DNA of 64,000 nt, taken from the NCBI GenBank assembly GCA_037447605.1, contig CM074804.1, forward strand, positions 8,223,909 to 8,287,908, written 5' to 3'. Source of the stretch: Zygnema circumcarinatum SAG 698-1b. Its lineage: Eukaryota > Plantae > Zygnematophyceae. A program made the translations under genes and the position numbers. Below the pieces are notes generated by a model. The model was not told the DNA's origin. It saw only the letters and a list, made by a program, of their open reading frames with translations, and made no database searches. The stretch's first letter is position 1; each line of letters starts with the position of its first letter. Positions 34,196 to 45,170 of this stretch are shown piece after piece.

Positions 34196-35780
34196 GATTG
34201 ATTGTGGCTCAAGGAGGAGCCTTCCCAGTGCAATTGGTAAAAGGAGAAGGAAGAATTTTGTGCAATATGCAACTATCTGCAGCCTCCAATTTTTTAAAAA
34301 ATGTCTCGAACGGTTGTAAAATATTTCACCGAAATTCAAAGAACGGGACATCCCTGAGGAGAAGGCCCACCATGTGGGGTCTTCTCCTCAGACGATGAGA
34401 TGAAGCTGCAAAGCCTACCCAAGCGCATACAGAGCAAAAAAAATGCCAAAAATGGGCCAACAAAAAAAAAATGGGCCCAAATGGGTTTGTTCCAGACATT
34501 GCATTGCATTGCAATCAACAATCAACAGCTACATCTGACCAATTTAACTTGTGAGGCCAACAGTGCATTGAGAGTGAGAGAGAGTGCGGGATGGCGGGAG
34601 AGAAAATAAGAGAGGAGAGGGAGGGGGAGGGTGAAGGACCGGGAGATGGCGAGAGAGGGGGGAGGGGGAAAGAGGGAGAGAGAGGAAGGAGAGAGAGAGG
34701 GGGAGGAAAGAGTGGGGAGGGAGGGGAAAAGAGCGCAAAAAGATCACTGAAATAAAAACAGATCTCACATTTTAATGTTGAAAAAAGAGTGCGCGATAAA
34801 AATAAAAAAAATGAAAATTGCAAAAGAGTACTTGTTCCTAAGTCAAGTCTCTTTTAAGGACGCTGCCTTCGCAAGCCTACGAGCGACTAAACTAGCGCAA
34901 GGGACGCTATGGGAATCTAGGGAGGGGAACGCGACAATGAAATCCTACACCTCACATCACCTCACATCACCTCTCTTCCCCCTTTCCCCCATTCCCCATT
35001 CCCCATTCCCCATTCCCCATTCCCCATTCCCCATTCCCCATTCACCATTCCCCTTTTCAAATTTCCTGCCTTGCCCCTTGCCCCCTTGCCCCCCATTCCC
35101 CTATTCCATTTTCCTGCCTTGCCCCCTTCCCCTTTTCCATTTTCCTGCCTTGCCCCCTTGCCCCCTTGCCCCCCCTCTTGCCCCCTTGCCCCCCCTCTTG
35201 CCCCCTTGCCCTCCCTCTTGCCCCTTGCCCCCTCTTGCCCCTCGCCCCCTCTCGCCCCTCGCCCCCTCTTGCCCCTCGCCCCCTCTTGCCCCCTCGCCCC
35301 CACTCTTGCCCCCGTGAGCCCCCTCTTGGACATTTGACCCCCCTCTTGCCCCCTTGCCCCCCCTCTTGCCCCCTTGCCCCCCCTCTTGCCCCCTTGCCCC
35401 CCCTCTTGCCCCCTTGCCCCCCCTCTTGCCCCCTTGCCCCCCCTCTTGCCCCCTTGCCCCCCCTCTTGCCCCTCGCCCCCTCTTGCCCCTTGCCCCTTGC
35501 CCCCTCTTGCCCCTCGCCCCCTCTTGCCCCCTCGCCCCTCGCCCCCTCTCGCCCCTCGCCCCCTCTTGCCCCTCGCCCCCTCTCGCCCCTCGCCCCCCCT
35601 CTTGCCCCCTTGCCCCCCCTCTTGCCCCCTTGCCCCCCCTCTTGCCCCCTTGCCCCTCCCTCTTGCCCCCTTGCCCCCCCTCTTGCCCCCTTGCCCCCCC
35701 TCTTGCCCCCTTGCCCCCTTGCCCCCTCGCCCCCTGCCGCCTCCCCCCTCCCCCCTCCCGCCCCCTCTCTCTCTCTCTCA

Positions 35781-35800
35781 GGGTGAAAGTGAAGGTGAGC

Positions 35801-35839
<39 letters not shown>

Positions 35840-35976
35840 AGGTGAGGGTGAGGGGAGGGTGAGGGTGAGAGGGTGAGGGTGAGGGTGTGGGTGTGAGGGT
35901 GAGGGTGAGGGTGAGGGTGCGGGTGAGGGTGAGGGTGAGGGTGGGGGTGAGGGTGAGGGTGAGGGTGAGGGTGCGG

Positions 35977-36019
<43 letters not shown>

Positions 36020-36083
36020 AGAGGGTGAGGGTGAGGGGTGAGGGGTGAGGGCGAGGGTGAGGGTGGAGGGTGAGGGGTGAGGC

Positions 36084-36124
<41 letters not shown>

Positions 36125-36128
36125 CAGG

Positions 36129-36168
<40 letters not shown>

Positions 36169-36287
36169 GGGTGAGGGTGAGGGCGGAGGGTGTGGGGTGA
36201 GGGTGGGAGGGTGAGGGTGAGGGTGAGGGTGAGGGCAGGGTGAGGGTGAGGGTGAGGGTGGGGGTGAGGGTGGTGAGGGTGAGGGTG

Positions 36288-36330
<43 letters not shown>

Positions 36331-36350
36331 AGGGTGAGGGTGAGGGCAGG

Positions 36351-36381
<31 letters not shown>

Positions 36382-36572
36382 CAGGAGGGTGAGGGGTGAG
36401 GCGAGGGTGAGAGGGTGAGGGTGAGGGTGAGGGGTGAGGGGTGAGGGGTGAGGGGTGAGGTGAGGGTGAGGGTGAGGGTGGAGGGTGAGGGTGAGTGAGG
36501 GTGAGGTGTGGGTGAGGGTGAGGGCAGGGTGAGGGGTGAGGCGAGGGTGAGGGCGAGGGCGAGGGTGAGGGC

Positions 36573-36627
<55 letters not shown>

Positions 36628-36635
36628 AGGGTGAG
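35781..36635 (+). repeat. (TGAGGG)n telomere-variant-like array, preceded by a C-rich (CCCCTTG/CCCCCTCTTG)n array at about 35070-35745
   Basis: Direct reading. Confidence 0.9.
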
Positions 36636-36753
36636 TCCCAGCCACTAGTCCCAGTCCCAAGCGACGTCACTCTACCGAAAATCAGCACTCCTTAGCCTTC
36701 TCTTTTACTACATGCAGGTCTTTCGCCGTCACTCTACCGAAAATCAGCACTCC

Positions 36754-37224
36754 TTAGCCTCCTCTTTTACTACATGCAGGTCTTTTCGGTGCAGACCTTT
36801 TTTTGATGTTTATGTGAGTTTCCTCCGAGTCGTCGTCCTCCTCTTCTCGTTCTTTCTCCTCCGCGGCATCCGAGTCGAAGGGATTTGAAGGGAGGATGAC
36901 GCAGTCGTCGTCATCGCTCTCCTCAGCCTCCTTCCGCTTTCTCTCTTCTCCCTTCTCTATCTTTACAACTACTTTTTCCATTTTTTCCTCCAGTTTCTCC
37001 TTTGCTACCGGAATCGGAATGTCCTTGGCAATGATAGGAGTGATAGGAACCCCCTCCCAGTCGTCCTCTTCCTCCTCCTCCTCCTCTTCCTCCTCAACGC
37101 CGCCATTCCTTGCAATCCTTGCAGCCGTCCGAAGCGCCTTCCAAATGAACTCCTTGTCGGTAGCGTGGCAGTGAATCCGCCACTCCGAGCACGGCGCGCG
37201 ACAGTCGCACACGTAGCAGAAGCA
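36754..37224 (-). CDS. Duplicated alternative terminal exon (3b) of the RIN13-like gene
   Basis: Intact acceptor gttgttctgcgcag, phase 0. Open 157-codon frame CFCYVCDCRAPCSEWRIHCHATDKEFIWKALR...[16 protein letters not shown]. Confidence 0.65.
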   Translation of the reverse strand, partial: CFCYVCDCRAPCSEWRIHCHATDKEFIWKALRTAARIARNGGVEEEEEEEEEEDDWEGVPITPIIAKDIPIPVAKEKLEEKMEKVVVKIEKGEERKRKEAEESDDDDCVILPSNPFDSDAAEEKEREEEDDDSEETHINIKKRSAPKRPACSKRGG

Positions 37225-38380
37225 CTGCGCAGAACAACATCCCAATACAGACATAAGTATTTATTAAAAAAATAAAAAAATGAAAATTGCAAAAGAGTAC
37301 TTGTTCCTAAGTCAAGTCTCTTTTAAGGACGCTGCCTTCGCAAGCCTACGAGCGACTAAACTAGCGCAAGGGACGCTATGGGAATCTAGGGAGGGGAACG
37401 CGACAATGAAATCCTACACCTCACATCACCTCACATCACCTCTCTTCCCCCTTTCCCCCATTCCCCATTCCCCATTCCCCATTCCCCATTCCCCATTCCC
37501 CATTCCCCATTCACCATTCCCCTTTTCAAATTTCCTGCCTTGCCCCCTTGCCCCCTTGCCCCCTTGCCCCCCATTCCCCTATTCCATTTTCCTGCCTTGC
37601 CCCCTTCCCCTTTTCCATTTTCCTGCCTTGCCCCTTGCCCCTTGCCCCCTCTGTTCTCTTTGCCCCCTCTTGTTCTCTTTGCCCCCTCTGTTCTCTTGCC
37701 CCCTCTTGCCCCCTTGCCCCTTGCCCCCTTGCCCCCTTCTTGCTCCCTCTTGCTCCCTCTGTTCCCTTTGCCCCCTCTGTTCCCCTTGCTCCCTCTGTTC
37801 CCTTGCCCCCTTCTTGCTCCCCTTGCTCCCCCTCTGCTCCCCTTGCTCCCCTCTTGCTCCCTTGCCCCCCTCTCTTGCCCCCTTGCCCTCCCTCTTGCCC
37901 CCTTGCCCCCTCTTGCCCCTTGCCCCCTCTGTTCTCTTGCCCCCTCTGTTCCCCTTGCTCCCTCTGTTCCCCTTGCTCCCTCTGTTCTCTTGCCCCCTCT
38001 GTTCCCCTTGCTCCCTCTGTTCCCCTTGCTCCCTCTGTTCTCTTGCCCCCTCTTGCCCCCTCTTGTTCTCTTTGCCCCCTCTTGTTCTCTTTGCCCCCTC
38101 TGTTCTCTTGCCCCCCCTCTTGCCCCTCGCCCCCTCTTGCCCCTTGCCCTCCCTCTTGCCCCTTGCCCCTTGCCCCCTCTTGCCCCCTCTTGTTCTCTTT
38201 GCCCCCTTCTTGTTCTCTTGCTCCCCTCTTGTTCCCCTTGCTCCCTCTGTTCTCTTGCCCCCTCTGTTCTCTTTGCCCCCTCTTGCTCCCTTGCCCCCCC
38301 TCTTGCCCCCTTGCCCCCTTGCCCCCTTGCCCCCTGCCGCCTCCCCCCTCCCCCCTCCCGCCCCCTCTCTCTCTCTCTCA

Positions 38381-38442
38381 GGGTGAAAGTGAAGGTGAGC
38401 GTGAGGGTGAGGGTGAGGGTGAGGGTGATTGTGAGGGTGAGG

Positions 38443-38473
<31 letters not shown>

Positions 38474-38476
38474 CGG

Positions 38477-38559
<83 letters not shown>

Positions 38560-38600
38560 GGGGTGAGGGTGGGTGAGGGTGAGGGTGAGGGTGAGGGTGG

Positions 38601-38669
<69 letters not shown>

Positions 38670-38788
38670 AGGTGAGGGTGGAGGGTGGAGGGTGAGGGTG
38701 GAGGGTGAGGGTGAGGGCGAGGGTGAGGGTGAGGGTGAGGGTCAGGCTCAGGCTCAGGGTGGGGGTGAGGGTGAGGGTGAGGGTGTGG

Positions 38789-38821
<33 letters not shown>

Positions 38822-38860
38822 GGGGTGAGGGCGAGGGTGAGGGTGAGGGTGAGGGTGGGG

Positions 38861-38959
<99 letters not shown>

Positions 38960-38974
38960 GGGGTGAGGGTGGGG

Positions 38975-39007
<33 letters not shown>

Positions 39008-39045
39008 GGGGTGAGGGGTGAGGAGGTGAGGGTGAGGGGTGAGGC

Positions 39046-39092
<47 letters not shown>

Positions 39093-39153
39093 GTGAGGCG
39101 AGGGTGAGGGTGAGGGAGGGTGAGGGTGAGGGTGAGGGTGGAGGGTGAGGGTG

Positions 39154-39244
<91 letters not shown>

Positions 39245-39253
39245 AAAGTGAGG
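38381..39253 (+). repeat. Second (TGAGGG)n array, preceded by a C-rich array at about 37540-38335
   Basis: Direct reading. Confidence 0.9.
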
Positions 39254-39383
39254 ACCTAAATGCGTCCCAGCCCCTCGTCCCAAGCGCTGTCACTCTACCG
39301 AAAATCAGCTCTCGTCCTCTTTTACTACATGCAGGTCTTTTACGGTGTCAGCCACCGGGTCAGACCTTTTTTTGAAGTTTATG

Positions 39384-40509
39384 TCAGTTCCCTCCGAGTC
39401 GAAAATTAGGATGGTCCGCGGCATCCGAGTCGTCGTTCTCCTCTTCGCGTTCTTTCTCCTCCGCGGCATCCGAGTCGAAGGGATTTGAAGGGAGGATGAC
39501 GCAGTCGTCGTCATCGCTCTCCTCATCCTCCTTCCGCTTTCTCTCTTCTCCCTTCTCTATTTTTACAACTATTTTTTCCTCCAGTTTCTCCTTTGCTACC
39601 GGAATGTCCTTGACAGGAATGATAGGAACCCCCCCCCAGTCGTCCTCTTCCTCCTCTTCCTCCTCTTCCTCCTCAACGCCGCCATTCCTTGCAATCCTTG
39701 CAGCCGTCCGAAGCGCCTTCCAAATGAACTCCTTGTTGGTAGCGTGGCAGTGAATCCGCCACTCCGAGCACGGTGCGCGACAGTCGCACACGTAGCAGAA
39801 GCACTGCGCAGAACAACATCCCAATACAGACATAAGTATTTATTAAAAAAAAAATAAAAAAAATGAAAAAATAGTAATAAAAAAAAAACCAAAAATTAAA
39901 AAAAAAATCAATTCTTGAACATTCCTTACCTTCTCGCAGTGCTGAAGGTGGCCAGAGGTGGTGTAGGGATTAAACTTAAACTTTATGCAGTCGTGACGAG
40001 CGTGCGCGAAATCGCGGCACGCCACCTGCCGATTCCACCCTCCCATGCAATATTAGCTCTCTCTACCCCCCTCTCTCTCTCCCTCTCTCTTTGTCTAAAA
40101 TGCTGTAAAGAAGCGAGAGCTCCACCCAAGCCCCACTTACCGGTCCTTTCTCTCCCAATATGACGACGTCCTCGTCGTCGTCGTCCTCTCCTTGTTTCGC
40201 CTCCGCGGCTTCCACTTTCTCCGCGGTGTCCTTTTTCGCCGTAGGGTTTCCAGGGAGGATGACGCAATCGTCATCGCTTTCTTCGTCATCGCTTTTTCGT
40301 TTCACCAAGCTGAGACGTGTTGCCTTCTTGCTTCCATACAACTCTTCTCGAAGCCTTTTCTTTCCTAATGCTCCCGGTGTCTCCTTCCCCCACTTCTCAC
40401 TGCAGAAGCTAGTGATGCTGAGGCGTGGTGCCTTCTTGCTTCCAGAGAATTCCTCTTCTTCTCGAAACCTTTTATTCCCCATTGATCCCTTCGTTAGTTG
40501 CTTCCCCAT
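39384..40509 (-). CDS. RPM1-interacting protein 13 (RIN13)-like Cys/His-rich protein
   Basis: Exons 40509-40141, 40025-39930 and 39803-39384 are GT-AG and phase 0. Product: DDDCVILP...DVVILGEKGP|VACRDFAHARHDCIKFKF...HCEK|CFCYVCDCRAPCSEWRIHCHA, which matches the plant RIN13-family motif GxVACRDxPHxRxxC...CxCxVCDxxAPC. Confidence 0.8.
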
Positions 40510-41786
40510 ATTCCTCCCTCTCAGGACTCTTACTCTGAAAGCAAAGCTTTTGCAGCTTCCGGTGAGAGGACCCTCACTCTGAAAGCACAGCTCTTGCAGC
40601 TGCCGATGACAGGACCCCCCCCCCCCCGCCTTACGGAGTGCCAAAGACCAGATTGCAGTGCGAACGATTCGGTATAGAAAACGGGTCTCGTCGTTCTCCA
40701 GACCACTTCTCGAACGCCACGTGGCTGGACAAAACGACGGTTCAACCGGTGGACGGCGCTTTTGGCGAGGCCAAACGCGGCACGTGTCGGCGTGCGTTCC
40801 AAAGCGCCAGAGCGCACCGACACAACGGCGGCCTTTTCCCAGGAATTTCATTCCGCGCGGCGGCGCTTTCTGGTCGGTGGTGGCGCGCGTGCAGGCCCGA
40901 TCGGCAATGTGAGAGATCGGACGACTGAAATAACGTCAGTGGCCACAAAATTTTGGTCCACGGGCGATCCGGGCCGTCCGTGTAGTAAGACAGATCTTGT
41001 CACAGGTCCCGATAAGCATCCTTCGGCAGAGGGGGCGGGAGGTCTAGCGAGGGCTCCACGTGGCATCACGGCTACCCGGTGATTCTACGGCTTGCGGACG
41101 GATGACGTCATCCATATCTTAACGGCTGATCGGACGCTGCCGAAGGATCCTCCGACGGCCATCGACGGTGGACGTAAGAGGAAGATAGCGTCTCGGTGGG
41201 ACCACATTCGCCACGCGTCGCACACAGAGGACTCCCATGTGCGAGCCGGAAGTGCTCAAACTTAGGCGCGTGGCGTGACCGCCGCTTAGCGCGCCACGAA
41301 GATCGAGGTCGAAGTCGCGCAGCCAATCAGAGGGGATTGCGCTTTTTTCTGCGGACCCGGGAGTGCCTCCGCCGTAAGATCACCAGAGCGGACGGCGAAG
41401 ATTGGTCTTTGGTTGTCACTGCGGGACAAAATTGCCGTACTTATGTCGGTAGGTCGGTCAGGCCGGCGGCCGCGACGTAGACGACGACGCGTTGCCCGCC
41501 GCCGTCATCAATGCCGCGCCGAAATACCTACCACCACGTGGCGTCAGGCCGCGGCTGCCCGCAGTCACCGACTTCACGTGGTTCTGCGCCCGATCTTCAC
41601 GCGGGCGGGCCTACTTATTGTCGTTTTTTGAACCTACTTTCGGACAAGGCTGCCATACGGTCGGAAAAGAAATCTTGGAAGCTTCCCTCCCCGCCGTACT
41701 GCGCGTGACATGCCACGTGTGACGGAGATGATTGTGTGTTACGGCGAACGGTCAACATCACCCCGTTAAACTGGGAACGACATAAA

Positions 41787-42498
41787 TGTAGTGTACAATA
41801 GGGGTATAGTACGACGTAGTACACTTTACGGTCCTTAGCCGATGTCGGCGGTCCTTGGTTGATACGGTCACAGTCTGAACAGTGCGCTAGAGCGCTGTTC
41901 TGAGTCGGAAGACTTTCGGGTTTAAATAGGACACGTGGCGGGCGGCGATAGGCCGCGCCACCAGTGGAGTCCGCTTAGGTTTATAAGTGTTGTGTGGACA
42001 CGTGGCGCGCGACGATAGGTCGCGCGGCTATGAGTTAGCTTAGTACGGATAATTGGAGGCGCAGAGGAGCTTTCGGAAGGGAGTTTCGGTACGGACGCTC
42101 CCCTTCCCATGGCGGCCTCCCGAGCTGAGCTCCCGCGCGGCGCGGAGCGAACTCCAGAAGGCGCGGAGCGACCTNNNNNNNNNNTAACCCTTAGAACCTT
42201 GCATCTCGGCTTGTGGTGCTGAGTGTAGAGGCCTGCTGTATGGGCAGCAGTAGATAGGTGTGTAGGGCAGAGCAGTAGGAATCGCCTGAGGGCTGAGTTT
42301 CTGTGTGTAACCCTTCTTATCTATTTTTAAGGAGTTTTGAGCCGGTGGGGCTTTCTCCTCTTACTTCACTTCTCGGTGTTCTTTTCTTTTCAGCTTTCAT
42401 TCTCTTTCCGGTGTGTGCATTGGGAGGGTGTGTTCGCTGAAGTGCAAGGATGTCTGAGAGTGCAGCAAGTGAGAGAGACCAGGCTCTAGTTTCCAACA
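41787..42498 (+). mobile_element. Putative second LTR (solo), related to the copia LTR at 2107; contains a 10-N gap
   Basis: TGT...ACA termini with ATAAA on both sides (41782-41786, 42499-42503). The motif gagttttgagccggtggggctttctc (42332-42357) matches the reverse complement of LTR1 2204-2230 with two mismatches and one indel. Confidence 0.6.
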
Positions 42499-43305
42499 AT
42501 AAAGCCCTTTCCATGGAGGGCAGACAGTTGCGTTGTCATTTTCGATCACACGTGTGACTAGGATCTACAAATTGTGCTGACTAGACGGCAGGTCGTGGCC
42601 ATTGAGGGGAATTAGCCAACATTTTCATGCCTTAGTTAGTGAGCTGGTCTGGTCAGGTGCAGTCCAATCAGCGATTCTCCTCTTCCGCCTTCGAGTTCTA
42701 GCCACCACTTCCTGCTTTAGTCACGCGACACTACTCACATGACCAAACCATGCAGTTAACCATGCACGTCTACTAACCACATTCTCGCTCACTAACAGTT
42801 TCCGCACTCAAAGTAACAGTTCCATCGTCGCTTTTGGGTCCTGAAAGCGCCAGAGACAGAGACCAAGAGACGATGAGATGAAGCTGCAAAGCCTTTTACC
42901 GAAGCGCATACACAGCATTCGGCCCAAATGGGTTTGTTCCAAACATTGCATTGCTTTGCTTTGCAATCAATCCCCGCATGGCTCGCTTTACAAAAGGAGA
43001 AAATAAAAGGTCCTGCAGAGGGCCCCTCTCTGCGTTCCATCAACACTCCGAAGTTTCTCTGCTTCTGAAATACACCGATGACTCATCACGTATCTCTAAC
43101 CGCCGCCCACTGCTTCATCAAAACAGTCTCAACACCAAAAGGAAAGGGGACCTAAAAGCGAGGGAGGTCTGGCATCCTTCTTCTGCTCAATGTACAATCA
43201 GACGAGCACTGTACTGTACAAAATGATATATTTACAGTTCAATGAACATTTGAAGAATTGCTTGCTATTCACAAACTACTTGATGCCGATCTTGAAGGCC
43301 TGCGC

Positions 43306-44192
43306 CTAGGGGCCGGCAGGCGGCGCTTTGATGCTTCTCGAGGAGGCGGAGGTCCCGTCTCCGCCGGAGGAGGAGGAGGGCCGCGGCGCGGAGCAGGCCT
43401 TGACGGTGGCCATGATGAGGATGAGGGCGAGGCCGAAGCCGAGGCCGAGTACGGCGGGCCACAGGCTGTACCACACTCCGTACACCTCCAGTACGGCCAG
43501 ACCGATGAAGAACCACGAGAGCCTGCAGCAGCAGCAGCAGCAGCAGCAGGAGGAGCAGCAAGAAAGAAAGGGTTGGTTGGGACGGCAAAGGGTTGGTTTG
43601 GGACAAGAGAGGGGGAGATAGGGGAGAGGGAGAGGGAGGGAGGGAGGGAGGGGCAAAGAGAGGGGAGACGAGGGGAAGGGAGAGAGAAGGAGAGGACGAC
43701 GAGGGAGAGTGGAGAATGGTTGGCGAAGCAGACATTGGGGAGAAGGGAAGAGCGTGAGAAAGAGAGAAGTGTGAAAAAAACGGAGAGAGGGAAGCAAGGG
43801 TATGGGAGAAGTAGGAGCAGGGGACGGAGGGAAGGAGGGATGGAGAGAGTGGGGGGACGTGAGGGAGACGAGAGCAAAGGGAAGGAGTAAAAGAGAGAGG
43901 CATAGAGAGTGAGAGAGAAGGAGAGGTGGGGTTGGGAGGGAGAGAGCAAAAGGGGGAGAGAGAGAGGGAGAGAGAGACAGATAGACACAGAGAGATTACG
44001 AATACATCGCACTCGCAGGCTCACTGGCACCCACCCGAGGTAGCTTATCTGCTCGCCCTTGGTGTGCATGGCGAGCCAAAACTGCGGCAGGAGAGACGTG
44101 CAGAGAATGAGCGACCCGATGAGGCCCGCCCACTCGACTGCTCCCCACGACTCGTTGAAGCCCGGACTGCACCGACACGTGGAGGTCGACAT
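43306..44192 (-). CDS. Single PQ-loop, three-TM SemiSWEET-like membrane protein (about 124 aa)
   Basis: Exons 44192-44035 and 43522-43306 (phase 2). Product: WAGLIGSLILCTSLLPQFWLAMHTKGEQISYLG|LSWFFIGLAVLEVYGVWYSLWPAVLGLGFGLALILIMATVK. The donor (GG/gtgggt) is inferred from frame. Confidence 0.7.
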
Positions 44193-45072
44193 GGCGCCCG
44201 CCTCGCTTCCCCGTTCTGCCTCTTCTTCGTCTTCGGTAACCTCTTTATAGAGTATCCTCCTTAGTCGTATGAATGGTAGTCGCAAAGGATAATTCAGAGG
44301 CAGGCTCACGATTTGGAGAAGCTGCTGTGAAGGGAGAAATTGGGAGGGAGGGAGGGAGGGAGGGAGGGAGGGAAAGAGTTGTGTCAATTTCTACAAAAAG
44401 CGCAGGGGAGTGCAAGCATTTGGCAAAGACAGACCATAAGATGATGTGAAGCTGCTCTTCAGTTGCAGGTTATGAACAAAGAAAAAAGGCGCATTTTCTT
44501 TCCTATGCAAGTTGTTTCCTTTCATTTTTTCAGCTCCATTGGCGAAGCATCAGACTTCTTCTGACACTCTCGAAACCTTTCCTTCACACGTCACTCTGAG
44601 AGGAGAACCTCCAAAACACAAGCAAGCACAATCTGATTGCGATTGAAAATGCGATTGCAGCAGATGCATATAAATTTTCATAATCTAATTTAATTTAAAT
44701 TTAATTTAATTCTGTATCACTCACCCTTTTTTCTGCTCTCCTGAATGCTGCTGCAAATTTCTCGAAAGCTTTGAGAGGAAAAGTGAGAGAGTGGCGACAA
44801 GGAGCACCAAATTATATGAGCGCAGCCCAGGACCGTTCAGATATTGGTACAACATGTACGTCTATGTCGGTGCCGTACTTTACCTTGTCTCAGTCTGGAT
44901 CGAACTTAACTGGCAGACGCTTTGGGCAGATAAAAAAAATAACGGCACGAAGCGATTGGCTGAAAAATCTGCCAAAGGCTCTCAAGGTCTTATATGAATA
45001 TCGATACATGCTAGATATATCGCGATAATTCACGCGCGCGCGCGAGGCGGCCAATGACGAGCGGCGGCTGCC

Positions 45073-45170
45073 GTACTATAAGTACGATTGACCGTACATC
45101 CTACTCTAAATACTGTACTGTACAGTACTGTAGCATATACTGTAGGTAGGGTCCGTACAGTTGTGTGTAC
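45073..45170. promoter_or_regulatory. GTAC cluster upstream of the SemiSWEET-like gene
   Basis: 8 GTAC in about 100 bp, with 3 more at about 44847-44880. Confidence 0.55.

Larger units (their letters stand above)
34797..39845 (-). repeat. Diverged tandem duplication (about 2.5-kb units, 34797-37264 and 37265-39845), each with RIN13-like terminal exon, (TGAGGG)n and C-rich satellite
   Basis: Unique tail and exon sequence are shared but have substitutions and indels, with no gap between units. The A-rich taaaa..taaaaaaatgaaaa motif marks all three boundaries. Confidence 0.85.

Noticed and set aside
34354-34391. Helitron 3' terminus
   Set aside because: No CTRR 8-15 nt downstream on either strand.
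36666-36786. 62-bp tandem duplication at the end of exon 3b (and a 44-bp near-repeat at 40532-40619)
   Set aside because: These are real but simple slippage products, with no independent function evident.
35781-39253. Chromosome end or telomere fusion site
   Set aside because: The motif is TGAGGG rather than TTTAGGG/TTAGGG, both arrays have the same orientation, and they are explained by the tandem duplication.
35057-39293. Long Pro/Leu/Cys and EG/VR repeat ORFs
   Set aside because: They are satellite translations with no start or splice context or complexity.
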